64,000 nucleotides of DNA from an uncultured Alphaproteobacteria bacterium (GTDB lineage: Bacteria; Pseudomonadota; Alphaproteobacteria; CAAHEQ01; UBA3637): contig CALGXF010000011.1 in assembly GCA_937935995.1 (NCBI GenBank), positions 246-64,245 on the forward strand, in the 5' to 3' direction. The translations under genes were made by a program, and so were the position numbers. Under the pieces are notes generated by a model. The model did not search any database. It was not told where the DNA came from and saw only the letters and a program-made list of their open reading frames with translations. This document shows, piece after piece, positions 51,016 to 61,018 of the stretch; within the stretch, counting starts at the first letter, position 1, and every line of letters starts with the position of its first letter.

Positions 51016-53466
51016 ATGCTCATGAAAAAAGGTTTTTTGATGCGATTTTTATCTATGATGGTCAGCCTGTTCTTTTTGGGCTGTTTTGTCATGCTCGGAA
51101 TCGGGCTGTTTGTTGCGGTTCATTTTTCACGGGATTTACCCGATTTCCATCAATTGGAAGTGTATGAACCGTTAATTACCAGTCGCCTTTATGCCAACGA
51201 CGGACAATTGTTGGCCGAATATGCCGAAGAAAAGCGAATTTATGTGCCGATAACGGCGATTCCGAAACAAGTCATCCATGCTTTTATTTCGGCAGAAGAC
51301 AAAAACTTCTATAAACACAACGGTATTGATTTCGTGGGCATTGCCCGTGCCGTCATCATTAACTTAAAAAATATCGGGACAAACAGACGGTTGGTCGGGG
51401 CTTCTACCATCACACAACAAGTGGCTAAAAACTTTTTGCTGACCAACGAAATGTCTTTCAAACGTAAAATCAAAGAAGCTTTGTTGGCACGGCGAATTGA
51501 ACAAACGTTTGATAAAGACCACATTTTGGAACTGTATATGAACCAAATTTACTTGGGCATGCGTTCTTATGGCGTTGCGGCTGCCGGGTTAATGTATTTT
51601 AATAAATCTTTGGATGAATTAACGCTGGCCGAAACAGCTTTTTTAGCGGCTTTGCCCAAAGGCCCCAACAACTATAATCCGATTAAAAATCCCAAAGGGG
51701 CGACACAGCGGCGGAACTGGGTATTAGACCGCATGGTTGAAAATGGTTATATCACGCCGGAAGAAGCCGAAGCGGCCAAAAAAGAACCGATTGTGGTTCA
51801 AGAACGTGAAATCAGCGAAACCGTCAAAAATGCCGATTATTACAATGAAGAAATTCGGCGGATGATTGAAAAGACATATGGAGAAGATGCCCTTTATCAC
51901 GGCGGATTGTCCATCAGAACGTCATTGGATCCTAACTTACAAAACATCGCCGTTAATACATTAACAAACGGGCTGATGGCGTATGATCGCCGACACGGAT
52001 ATCGAGGGCCGGCCGCGCACATCAAAATGGATGACTCATGGCCGGAACAATTGGAAAAAGTGGCGATGCCGTCTTATTACCCCGACACATGGCGCAAGGC
52101 TGTCGTATCTAACTTATCGGACGAACAAGCAACGATTTTACTATCTGCCGATGAAAAGGGATACATTATTTTAAAAGACTTAAAATGGGCGCGCAAAGCA
52201 TTACCGGAAGGGCATATTTCCGCAACAGAAATTAAAAAACCCGGAGATGTTTTAAAAGTCGGTGATGTCATTTTTGTTGAGCCGCGTCAAAATACCGACA
52301 ATTTGCCGTTATATACGTTGCGGCAATTCCCGTTGGTAGACGGTGCAATTGTGGCTTTGGATCCGCACACCGGTCGCGTGTTGGCAATGGTCGGCGGGTT
52401 ATCATTTAAACGGTCTCAATTTAACCGTGCCGTTCAAGCTTATCGGCAACCGGGTTCCTCTTTCAAACCGTTTGTGTACTTAACGGCACTTGATTCCGGA
52501 TTTACGCCGTCAACTTTGATTTTGGATGCGCCGTTGGTCGTCGATCAAGGCCCGGGTCAGGAAAAATGGAAACCGCGGAATTATACTAAAATTTTCTACG
52601 GTCCCAGTACGTTGCGCATGGGAATCGAAAAGTCCAGAAACTTAATGACCATTCGATTGGCACAAGCCGTCGGCATTCAAAAAACCGTTCAATATGCCAA
52701 GAAATTCGGGATTGCAGACGATTTGCCGCCCGTGTTATCCATTGCTTTGGGGTCGGGGGAAACAACCCTTTTGCGGTTAACTTCCGCTTATGCCATGCTT
52801 GTCAACGGCGGGAAAAAGATTACGCCGAATCTGATTGACCGGATTCAAGACAGAACCGGCAAAACCATTTACAAACATGATAAACGGCCTTGTTTAATGT
52901 GCCAATCCGATGACGCAACCAATGCCGTTGTGCCACAAATTCCGGACGAACGCGAACAAATCCAAGATCCGGTCAGTGCCTATCAAATGGTTAATATTAT
53001 GACAGGCGTGGTTCAACGCGGAACGGGTAAAATTGCACAAACCGTCGGCAGAACTTTAGCCGGCAAAAGCGGTACCAGCAACAGCAACATTGATACATGG
53101 TTTATTGGATTTTCGCCTGATTTGGTTGTCGGTGTTTTTGTCGGCTTTGATAATCCGCAAACATTGGGCCCCAAAGATACCGGCGGTGTGGTGGCTGCAC
53201 CGATTTTCCGTGATTTTATGAAAGAAGCTTTAAAAGACAAACCGGACATTCCGTTCCGTGTGCCGCCCGGCGTCAAACTGGTTCGTGTTAATTACAACAC
53301 CGGAAAACCGGCGAAACCGGGGGATAAGCTGATTATTACCGAAGCTTTCCGAAAAGACACCGATATTCGCAAGGACGCTCCCGTTATCGGGGAAATTGAA
53401 GTGGGAGAAGAAGTCATTGCGCCCTCAACACAAGACGATATTCCGGACGTAGGAGGCCTTTATTAA
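51016..53466 (+). CDS. mrcA: Penicillin-binding protein 1A (bifunctional GT51 glycosyltransferase / transpeptidase)
   Basis: GT51 motifs (EDKNFYKHNGID, RKIKEALLA). Transpeptidase SxxK (SSFKP), SRN-like and KSGT (GKSGTS) motifs. The ORF-track start at 50986 is TTG, so I chose the first ATG. Confidence 0.9.
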   Translation: MLMKKGFLMRFLSMMVSLFFLGCFVMLGIGLFVAVHFSRDLPDFHQLEVYEPLITSRLYANDGQLLAEYAEEKRIYVPITAIPKQVIHAFISAEDKNFYKHNGIDFVGIARAVIINLKNIGTNRRLVGASTITQQVAKNFLLTNEMSFKRKIKEALLARRIEQTFDKDHILELYMNQIYLGMRSYGVAAAGLMYFNKSLDELTLAETAFLAALPKGPNNYNPIKNPKGATQRRNWVLDRMVENGYITPEEAEAAKKEPIVVQEREISETVKNADYYNEEIRRMIEKTYGEDALYHGGLSIRTSLDPNLQNIAVNTLTNGLMAYDRRHGYRGPAAHIKMDDSWPEQLEKVAMPSYYPDTWRKAVVSNLSDEQATILLSADEKGYIILKDLKWARKALPEGHISATEIKKPGDVLKVGDVIFVEPRQNTDNLPLYTLRQFPLVDGAIVALDPHTGRVLAMVGGLSFKRSQFNRAVQAYRQPGSSFKPFVYLTALDSGFTPSTLILDAPLVVDQGPGQEKWKPRNYTKIFYGPSTLRMGIEKSRNLMTIRLAQAVGIQKTVQYAKKFGIADDLPPVLSIALGSGETTLLRLTSAYAMLVNGGKKITPNLIDRIQDRTGKTIYKHDKRPCLMCQSDDATNAVVPQIPDEREQIQDPVSAYQMVNIMTGVVQRGTGKIAQTVGRTLAGKSGTSNSNIDTWFIGFSPDLVVGVFVGFDNPQTLGPKDTGGVVAAPIFRDFMKEALKDKPDIPFRVPPGVKLVRVNYNTGKPAKPGDKLIITEAFRKDTDIRKDAPVIGEIEVGEEVIAPSTQDDIPDVGGLY

Positions 53467-54576
53467 TGAAAGCTGAAGCTATTGCTGCTCAAACTGCCAT
53501 TTTGCAATCGTTGGAATTGCAAAGGAGGTATCTTTGACGTCGACAACGCCCGCATGCGATTATCCGAACTGGACGCATTGACGGCTGACCCGCATTTATG
53601 GGACACACCCGAAAATGCGCAAAAGTTGATGACTGAAAAAAATCGGTTGCAAGAAAAATTAAATGAATATGATTCATTGGAACAACGATTAAAGGACTGC
53701 ATGGATTTAATCGAACTGGCGGAAGCAGAAAAAGACACAGCCGTTTTGACGGATACGGAAAACCAGTTGTTTGACTTGCAAAAAGAAGCGGCAGCCAAAG
53801 AATTGGAAAGCCTGCTTTCCGGTGAAGCGGATCCGAATGATACTTTCTTGGAAATTCACGCGGGCGCCGGCGGTACGGAAGCGCAAGATTGGGCGGACAT
53901 GTTGCTGCGCATGTATAACGGTTGGGCGAACAAGCATCATTATAAAGTTGAATATTTGGAAGAAAGTCCCGGAGAAGAAGCCGGCATAAAATCCGTTATC
54001 ATCAAAGTGAAAGGTAAAAATGCTTACGGTTGGCTTAAAACCGAAAGCGGTGTTCATCGGTTGGTTCGAATTTCGCCGTTTGATGCCAATGCCAGACGGC
54101 ATACGAGTTTTGCTTCCGTTTGGGTGTACCCCGTTATTGACGACAGCATTCAGATTGACATTAATCCGGCAGATTGCCGTATTGATACATATCGGGCTTC
54201 GGGCGCCGGCGGACAGCACGTCAACAAAACAGACAGCGCCGTTCGCATCACGCATTTGCCGACCGGGATTGTTGTTCAATGCCAAAATCAACGGTCTCAG
54301 TTTGCCAACAGAGACGAAGCTTGGTCTATGTTGCGGGCGCGATTGTATGAATTTGAATTACAAAAACGGGCTGAAAAAACAAAAAACATTGAAGACACCA
54401 AAGCCGATATCGGATGGGGGCATCAAATTCGGTCTTACGTGCTTCAACCGTACCAATTGGTCAAAGATTTAAGAACCGAAGTTGAAACATCCGATACAAG
54501 CGGTGTCCTAAACGGGGAGATTGATTTATTTTTATCGGCGTCTTTGGCGGCGCATTTAGAGACGGCTTCATCATAG
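53466..54576 (+). CDS. prfB: Peptide chain release factor 2 with programmed +1 ribosomal frameshift
   Basis: ORF0 reads ATG...AGG AGG TAT CTT TGA C ([23 protein letters not shown] then stop, at 53466-53537). The +1 frame continues from GAC at 53536 as DVDNARMRL..., carrying the SPF and GGQ motifs ([13 protein letters not shown]). Confidence 0.9.
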
Positions 54577-54590
54577 CCGAAGGGGGTTTT

Positions 54591-55247
54591 ATGAACGACT
54601 TTACCTTTTTTAAAAAAACGCGTGAAATTGACAGCAAAATCACCGAGTTTTTCAATAACGTTTCGGAAGGCGGATTATTATTTCAACGTGCCGTAACGCT
54701 TTATTTGGATCAGGGTATCAATGAAGATTTTTCACAAAAGCTCAAACAAGTCAGTGCTTTTGAAACGCGAAACGACCAATTGCGCCGAGATGTCGAATCA
54801 CAGCTTTATGAACACACCTTGCTGCCGGATTCCAGAGCGGATGTTTTGGAATTATTGGAAGGCGTTGACCGCGTCATCAATAAATACGAAAGCAGCCTGT
54901 TCATGTATTCGATTGAAAAACCCATCATTCCGGAAAATTACCATATCGGATTTAAAGAACTGACCCAAACGGTAATTGATTGTACCGAAGCTTTGATTGC
55001 TTCATCGCGCAGTTTTTTTGCGATGAACGGAGAAATTGAAAACACGCTCCACAAAGTCATGTTTTTTGAAAAACAGGCCGATTTACAAGGAACTGATTTG
55101 AAACGCCAAATCTTTGACAATCCCGGATTGGAGTTGGCTCATAAACTGCAGCTTAAATCATTTGAAGCAGCGATAGAAGACATTTCCGATATTGCGGAAG
55201 ATGTGGCTGATGCCTTAACCGTTATTGCCGTTAAGAGGTCATTTTAA
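54591..55247 (+). CDS. DUF47/PhoU-like protein associated with PiT transporter
   Basis: 218 aa helical protein immediately upstream of, and overlapping, the PiT gene. This pairing is typical. Confidence 0.6.
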   Translation: MNDFTFFKKTREIDSKITEFFNNVSEGGLLFQRAVTLYLDQGINEDFSQKLKQVSAFETRNDQLRRDVESQLYEHTLLPDSRADVLELLEGVDRVINKYESSLFMYSIEKPIIPENYHIGFKELTQTVIDCTEALIASSRSFFAMNGEIENTLHKVMFFEKQADLQGTDLKRQIFDNPGLELAHKLQLKSFEAAIEDISDIAEDVADALTVIAVKRSF

Positions 55248-56296
55248 TGGACATATCAACTCTCTTTTTTTTGAGTAGCGGATTATTTTTGGGATGGACA
55301 TTAGGCGCCAATAACATGAGCAGTGTGTTCGGCACGGCTATCGGCACGAAAATGGTTTCATTCAAAAAGGCGGCTTTTATTGCCAGCGTCTTTGTCATTT
55401 TAGGTGCCGTCATCAGCGGTCAGGGTGTTTCCGAAACGTTGGAAGGGTTGGGAAAAATCAATACGCTTCCCGGCGCGTTCATGACAGCATTGGCAGCCGC
55501 CTTAACCATGTTGTTAATGACACAGGCGCGCATCCCTGTTTCAGCCACGCAAGCTATTGTCGGCAGCATCGTCGGATGGAGCATTTACAGCCACACGCAT
55601 GTTGACCTTGTTATCATTACCGAAATCGTTGTTTCATGGTTTACCAGCCCATTGTTAGCGGCTCTTGTTGCTTTTTTGCTGATGATGGGGGTTAAAACAT
55701 ATTTAAAGGCCAAACCGATTCCGCTTTTATATCGAGATGCCTACACACGGTTGGGCTTAATTTTGGCCGGGGCTTTCTCTGCATACAGCTTGGGAGCCAA
55801 CAACATCGCCAATGTCATGGGACCGTTCATGTCCGTCGTCCCGTTAAAGCCTATTCCAGTGGGCGGATTGTTTGTCTTTTCATCGGATCAGCAACTTTTT
55901 TTATTAGGCGCAATTGCCATCGCCGTCGGTATTTATACTTATTCACATGACGTGATTAAAACCGTCGGCAATAACATGTTGAAAATGTCGCCGATTGAAG
56001 CCTGGGTTGTTGTCATGGCGCATGCATTGGTTTTATTTTTGTTTTCATCAACGTCTTTGCATTTGTTTTTAACCCGACACGGATTACCGGCGATTCCGTT
56101 GGTTCCGTTATCCAGCGCCGGCGCGATTATCGGCGGGGTTGTCGGCGTTTCTTTAAATAAAAAAGGGCAAGGCTTAAAAATTTATGAACTGTACCGCGTG
56201 ATGCGGGCATGGATTTGGACGCCCGTTTTGGCTGCCATCATTTGTTTTTTTGCTTTATTTTTCATGGAAAATGTCTTTGGGCAACAGGTTCATTAA
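55247..56296 (+). CDS. Inorganic phosphate transporter, PiT family
   Basis: 349 aa polytopic protein with duplicated GANDVAN-like motifs (LGANNMSSVFGTAIGT and GANNIANVMGP). Confidence 0.8.
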   Translation: MDISTLFFLSSGLFLGWTLGANNMSSVFGTAIGTKMVSFKKAAFIASVFVILGAVISGQGVSETLEGLGKINTLPGAFMTALAAALTMLLMTQARIPVSATQAIVGSIVGWSIYSHTHVDLVIITEIVVSWFTSPLLAALVAFLLMMGVKTYLKAKPIPLLYRDAYTRLGLILAGAFSAYSLGANNIANVMGPFMSVVPLKPIPVGGLFVFSSDQQLFLLGAIAIAVGIYTYSHDVIKTVGNNMLKMSPIEAWVVVMAHALVLFLFSSTSLHLFLTRHGLPAIPLVPLSSAGAIIGGVVGVSLNKKGQGLKIYELYRVMRAWIWTPVLAAIICFFALFFMENVFGQQVH

Positions 56297-59200
56297 ATGA
56301 AAAAAAGCAAAGTATTTCATATGATTGCAAAACTCATCTGGCGCTTGATAGAAATCGTGCTGGCGTTGATGTTTGTTTTGTTTATTCTGGGCGTTTGGCG
56401 ATTAGCCAAAGAACCCGTTGAATTGAAATACGTTGCACCGATTTTGGCTGATGTTTTAACACCCACAGAGTCGGATTTAACCGTCGAGATTGATAAAGCT
56501 TATTTGGAATTGGCCCTAAAACGCGGTCATTTATTAGATATCAAAGTCACCAATTTGACCGTTTACCGGCCGGATGATACCATTTTAGCATTCATCCCCG
56601 AAGGGAACGTTTCTTTAAGCATTTTAGGCCTCATTAAAGGCGACTTTATCCCGACTTCCCTTTATTTACAAAAACCATATTTAAACATCCTTGTTTCAGA
56701 AAAACAAAAAAAGGCTCCATCTTCCGCATCCGCATCGACAGCGATAATTGATTCCATCACTTTTATTTTAAACCACATGGTTTCTTTAGACCACTTTGAA
56801 ATTGAAAAAGGTGAGTTCGTTTTGGATATGAAATCCCAAAATACATCCGTTATGATTCCGGAATTTAACTTTTCGATGGAAAAACGCAGTCAAGATGAAT
56901 TGGATATTCAAGGAACGACAACTTTATACATAGACGGTCAATTCACGCCTTTTTGGCTGACCGGTTTATACAACACCCAAAACAAATTGTTGTCGTTTGA
57001 AGCCAATTTTAAAGAACTTGATGTGACACAGTTGGCTTTCACTTTGCCGATTTTCAAAGGTTTGCAATTAAATGTCAACGGACAGGTAAACGGGGCTTTG
57101 AATTTAGCGGATCGGCAAAAAGGCCTGCGCTATATCGTTGACAATTTAGCCTTTTCGGCAACCCTTAACCATGCCGGGACGATTTATCTGCCTCAACCGC
57201 TGGATATTTACTATTCCGTCCAAAATATGGCGGTTAAAGGTGCTTTTACGCCACACATGGAACAACTCAACATGTCGGATTCTTTCGTTGATATCGGCGG
57301 GCCGACGGCAGAAGTTGCCGCAACGACAACCGGAATCGGTTCTTTTTTAGACACAAATGATTTTTCCAAAGTTCAAACAACATTCACGGCTTCCGTACAC
57401 AATGTGCCGGTTCTCTCCGTTCCTGATGTTTGGCCGTCTTCTTTGGGCCCGGATGCCCATGCTTGGGTCAAAGAAAATATTTCCGGCGGCATGGTGAATG
57501 ACGCTCATTTCGTTTTAACGTTAAAAGGCGAAGAATTAACGTCCGTCAAAGGGTTATTAGACGTTCAAGACACAACGGTTCGGTACATGGAACACATGCC
57601 GATTGTCGAGCATGCTTCCGGCAAAGTTATTCTCCAGTTGGGGCGCGTCGACATCGAAGCCACAAAAGGCGTCAGCGGGAATTTAATCCTTGACCGCGCG
57701 TTATTGAATTTAACGCAGCTATTGGGAGATGACCCGATTGCCCACATGGAAATATCGGCGCACGGCCCGCTCAATGAAGCACTTTCGTTAATCAACCAGC
57801 CGCCGCTTTATTTCGCTGATGAATTTCAAATCAACCCGAAAACAGTTCAAGGTTCCGGTTCAACGAATTTGATTTTAGATTTTCCGTTGGATGAAGATAT
57901 TGAACTCAAAGATGTTCAAGTTTCCGTCACGGCGGATTTAAAAGACGTTCAAATGCCGGTCATGGACACACCGTTCACGTTAGATAACGGAGCCTTAAAA
58001 TTAACAGCATCAAATGATGATTTGACCGTCACCGGCACAGCGCTCTTAAACGGACAATTTGAATCTATTTTGGCCTGCTCGCAATCTTTCTTGCCATCGC
58101 GGTCTTATGATTCCAAATGTCATGTTCAAACGGTTCTTTTAGGCGCTGACTTGGCACCTTTCTCGGAAGAATTGCCTGACTTCATTGCTGGGCCGTTGGA
58201 TGTTGATTTAACCGTTATTCAAAAAAACAAACGCGAAACGGAACTGAATTTAAAAGCAGACATGACACAGGCAACGCTTAATTTATGGCCGATTTCTTAT
58301 ATTAAAAATCCGAAAGACCCTTCTGTTTTGACCGGAACGTTTGTGTTGAAAAACAACACGTTGACGGACATTCCGAAGATTGCTTTCACGGCCGAAAAAG
58401 ATCAAGTACAAATTAAAGGAAACGCCTCTTTCAAAAACGGAACATCCTTTCGTTTTGACACGATTAAAGCACCGCGAAATGACGCTTCCGTTTTATTCAA
58501 ACGAGATCAAAATGACTTGGTTACGTTTGAAGTCAAAGGAAAAGCGCTTAATTTAACGGAAGCCGCTCACGGACGCCGGTTAAATGAGCCCAAAACGCCC
58601 GAAGAAGTTGCGGAAGAACAGGCTCATCGTATTCGGTCATTTACCGGAAAAATTCAGTTGGACAAATTATATTTATCGCCCTTAACGCCGTTGACGAACG
58701 TTCAAGTTCATTTAAGAAAAGAAAACGATATGTGGCAAGAAATTGATGCCGTTGCTTTTGCCGATTCGGATAATATCAGGTTCAAATTGGATAAAAATCA
58801 AAAAGAATTAATCGCTTCATCGGATAATATCGGCAAAATTTTAAAACAAGCCGGTTATACATCTCGTATTCAAGGGGGGACTTTGAAATCGACGATTAAA
58901 CAAGATTCAAAAGGAACGCTTTCGGGAACAATTCATGTTCAAAAATATCAATTGACCGGTGCGACGTTTTTAATGAAAGCCGCAACGATTTTAGGTATTT
59001 TAGACGCTTTTACGGGCGACACGATTGACTTTAAAAAAGCAACCATTCCGTTTACGTTAACACCGGAAAATGTCTTGACGATTAAAGACGCCGTCGCATC
59101 CGGAACAACGCTCGGCATTACATTGAGCGGAACATTGACATATGACCAAATGAATTTTAAAGGCAGCGTTATTCCGGCTTATGCCATTAACAGCCTGCCC

Positions 59201-59359
59201 GGCAAAATCCCCCTCATCGGCCGATTGTTTTCCGGTGACAAAGGCGGCGGTCTGTTCGGTCTGTCATTTGAAGCAACCGGACGCCCCGGCGAGGCGGACG
59301 TATCCTTTAATCCGACAAGCATTCTGACGCCCGGTATTATTAGAAATATTTTCAATTAA
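56297..59359 (+). CDS. AsmA/YhdP-like large inner-membrane-anchored protein (DUF3971-type)
   Basis: 1020 aa. An N-terminal TM anchor, a long beta-rich body and a conserved C-terminal region (GRLFSGDKGGGLFGLSFEATG) typical of the YhdP/AsmA-like family. Confidence 0.6.
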   Translation: MKKSKVFHMIAKLIWRLIEIVLALMFVLFILGVWRLAKEPVELKYVAPILADVLTPTESDLTVEIDKAYLELALKRGHLLDIKVTNLTVYRPDDTILAFIPEGNVSLSILGLIKGDFIPTSLYLQKPYLNILVSEKQKKAPSSASASTAIIDSITFILNHMVSLDHFEIEKGEFVLDMKSQNTSVMIPEFNFSMEKRSQDELDIQGTTTLYIDGQFTPFWLTGLYNTQNKLLSFEANFKELDVTQLAFTLPIFKGLQLNVNGQVNGALNLADRQKGLRYIVDNLAFSATLNHAGTIYLPQPLDIYYSVQNMAVKGAFTPHMEQLNMSDSFVDIGGPTAEVAATTTGIGSFLDTNDFSKVQTTFTASVHNVPVLSVPDVWPSSLGPDAHAWVKENISGGMVNDAHFVLTLKGEELTSVKGLLDVQDTTVRYMEHMPIVEHASGKVILQLGRVDIEATKGVSGNLILDRALLNLTQLLGDDPIAHMEISAHGPLNEALSLINQPPLYFADEFQINPKTVQGSGSTNLILDFPLDEDIELKDVQVSVTADLKDVQMPVMDTPFTLDNGALKLTASNDDLTVTGTALLNGQFESILACSQSFLPSRSYDSKCHVQTVLLGADLAPFSEELPDFIAGPLDVDLTVIQKNKRETELNLKADMTQATLNLWPISYIKNPKDPSVLTGTFVLKNNTLTDIPKIAFTAEKDQVQIKGNASFKNGTSFRFDTIKAPRNDASVLFKRDQNDLVTFEVKGKALNLTEAAHGRRLNEPKTPEEVAEEQAHRIRSFTGKIQLDKLYLSPLTPLTNVQVHLRKENDMWQEIDAVAFADSDNIRFKLDKNQKELIASSDNIGKILKQAGYTSRIQGGTLKSTIKQDSKGTLSGTIHVQKYQLTGATFLMKAATILGILDAFTGDTIDFKKATIPFTLTPENVLTIKDAVASGTTLGITLSGTLTYDQMNFKGSVIPAYAINSLPGKIPLIGRLFSGDKGGGLFGLSFEATGRPGEADVSFNPTSILTPGIIRNIFN

Positions 59360-59395
59360 GACATTTCATTTTATACGAAATTTCCTAAATATAGA

Positions 59396-60799
59396 TTACT
59401 TACAAAAAGCGTAACCTATGCCACTACTATATGGCATACTTGTAACGAATCCATCCCAAGTAACAGCTAGAAGGTAGTCTTCTTTATAAGAAACATTTGT
59501 CCAAATAAAATGTCCGCCCTCCCCAAGAGTTACATTGGGACAGTTTTGTTCACCACCGTAATAAACGGTTCCATTCCAATCAGGACACAACTCTTCTAAA
59601 GTTGCCATATTTAATCCCTGTTCCTCACACGCGGTGACAATATTACTTACAGGCGACAAGTATTCATATGTATTCGGATCCCAAGCACTTTCCCACTCAA
59701 CGCTACAAAATTGCTCCCCATTATTTAGCGTATAAATATCACCATTTTCACAAAAGACTGTTCCGATACATACGCCTGCTTGACATGTCCCGGACTGATT
59801 GTCGGTTGTCGTACAGGCGGTTCCGTCAGCGACATTCGTTAATGTCGGACAAGTTCCGCTCGTGGCCACCGTCACCGTTTGACATGCCGTCGCCGTTAAC
59901 TCTTCACAACATTGACCCGCCGTTTCATTGTACGTTGAACCATTTTCACAATCCGGACGACACGTCCCGTCACTTTGACATGTTCCATCACACGTCGGTG
60001 TACATTTTGGCGGCGTAATCGGATTTAACGAACAACTTTCTTGCGTCGTTCCCGGATGATAACAACAGCCATGTTCATTCAAGGCTTCGTCAATCAAAAT
60101 AGTTATTGTTCCGACTTCTTTTGTCGGACGACCACACACATCCTCCGGCCCCGTCAAAGCACAACAACTTTCTCCGTCACAAGTTTCCGCGGCCGGACAT
60201 GGTTCACATGTACTGACAGAACAATACGTATCTTCTGCACATGTGATTTTCTTTACCGTCACACAACCGTTTTCATCCATCACATTCTCTGTCAGATTAC
60301 AATCTTGCGTCACCGTTATATTCTCACATAGGTCTTCCGGTTCCATTCCGCTGCCTGAACCGCCGGATGTCCCGCCCGATGAAAGGGAACCATCGTATAA
60401 AAACATAAAGCCCATCGTTTGGGAACCTGAACAAGTCGTATGCCCTTCCGAACCAACATAAATCTCTTCTATCGACGTATCATCAACAGTCATGATTTTA
60501 TCACATACTTTTTCCGATACGTCCGATACAGTTACGACAAAACCATTGGCATATGTTGTCGTATCAATCCCGAATGTCATGCCGGACTGCGGGTAAAAAT
60601 CTGAAGGCACTGTATCTTTGCCCGTGTCCATGACATGCAATGCCAATAAATGCACATCATGGTAAATGCTGTTGGCTTTGTGTTTATCCAGAGCATATCG
60701 AAATCCCATCAAGGCTGCCACACTTAACACCCCGATAATCGCCAAAACAGCCAACATTTCCAAAAGTGTCCGGCCGTGTTGTTTGGTTTTAAAATCCAT
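59396..60799 (-). CDS. Giant Cys-rich type IV pilin-like protein, paralog 2, with C-terminal lectin-like domain
   Basis: 467 aa. Leader MDFKTKQHG, then RTLLEMLAVLAIIGVLS. An SGGTSGGSGSG linker and a Cys-rich module. The C-terminal ~90 aa are homologous to the stand-alone secreted protein at 31649-32014 (ELCPDWNG... NCP... AVTWDGF... C). Confidence 0.7.
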   Translation of the reverse strand: MDFKTKQHGRTLLEMLAVLAIIGVLSVAALMGFRYALDKHKANSIYHDVHLLALHVMDTGKDTVPSDFYPQSGMTFGIDTTTYANGFVVTVSDVSEKVCDKIMTVDDTSIEEIYVGSEGHTTCSGSQTMGFMFLYDGSLSSGGTSGGSGSGMEPEDLCENITVTQDCNLTENVMDENGCVTVKKITCAEDTYCSVSTCEPCPAAETCDGESCCALTGPEDVCGRPTKEVGTITILIDEALNEHGCCYHPGTTQESCSLNPITPPKCTPTCDGTCQSDGTCRPDCENGSTYNETAGQCCEELTATACQTVTVATSGTCPTLTNVADGTACTTTDNQSGTCQAGVCIGTVFCENGDIYTLNNGEQFCSVEWESAWDPNTYEYLSPVSNIVTACEEQGLNMATLEELCPDWNGTVYYGGEQNCPNVTLGEGGHFIWTNVSYKEDYLLAVTWDGFVTSMPYSSGIGYAFCK

Positions 60800-60844
60800 T
60801 TATTTTCTCCTATTTATTTTCCGTTCAAATAGGTGTATACGCTA

Positions 60845-60856
60845 CCCCCCCCCCCC
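60845..60856 (-). repeat. G12 homopolymeric tract (C12 on plus strand) in promoter of giant pilin 2
   Basis: Direct count gives 12 consecutive C. On the minus strand the arrangement is TTGACA-tttagt-G12-tagcgTATACA, about 35 nt upstream of the GGAGA RBS. Confidence 0.9.
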
Positions 60857-60881
60857 ACTAAATGTCAAGCAAAAATTTAAC

Positions 60882-60910
60882 TTGACTCTTTAAAAAGAAT
60901 CCGGCATAAT
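60882..60910 (+). promoter_or_regulatory. Candidate sigma70 promoter for ffh
   Basis: TTGACT, a 17-nt spacer, then CATAAT, about 110 nt upstream of the ffh ATG. It diverges from the pilin-2 promoter. Confidence 0.5.
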
Positions 60911-61018
60911 GCCTTCACATTTTCCAAGAACTGTGAGAAAACAGTCTCTGCGGAGATCCACCTGCCGGCGAATACGCTCACAGGTGTTGTTGGTTTTATA
61001 GGCTTTTAAAGGGCGTAC

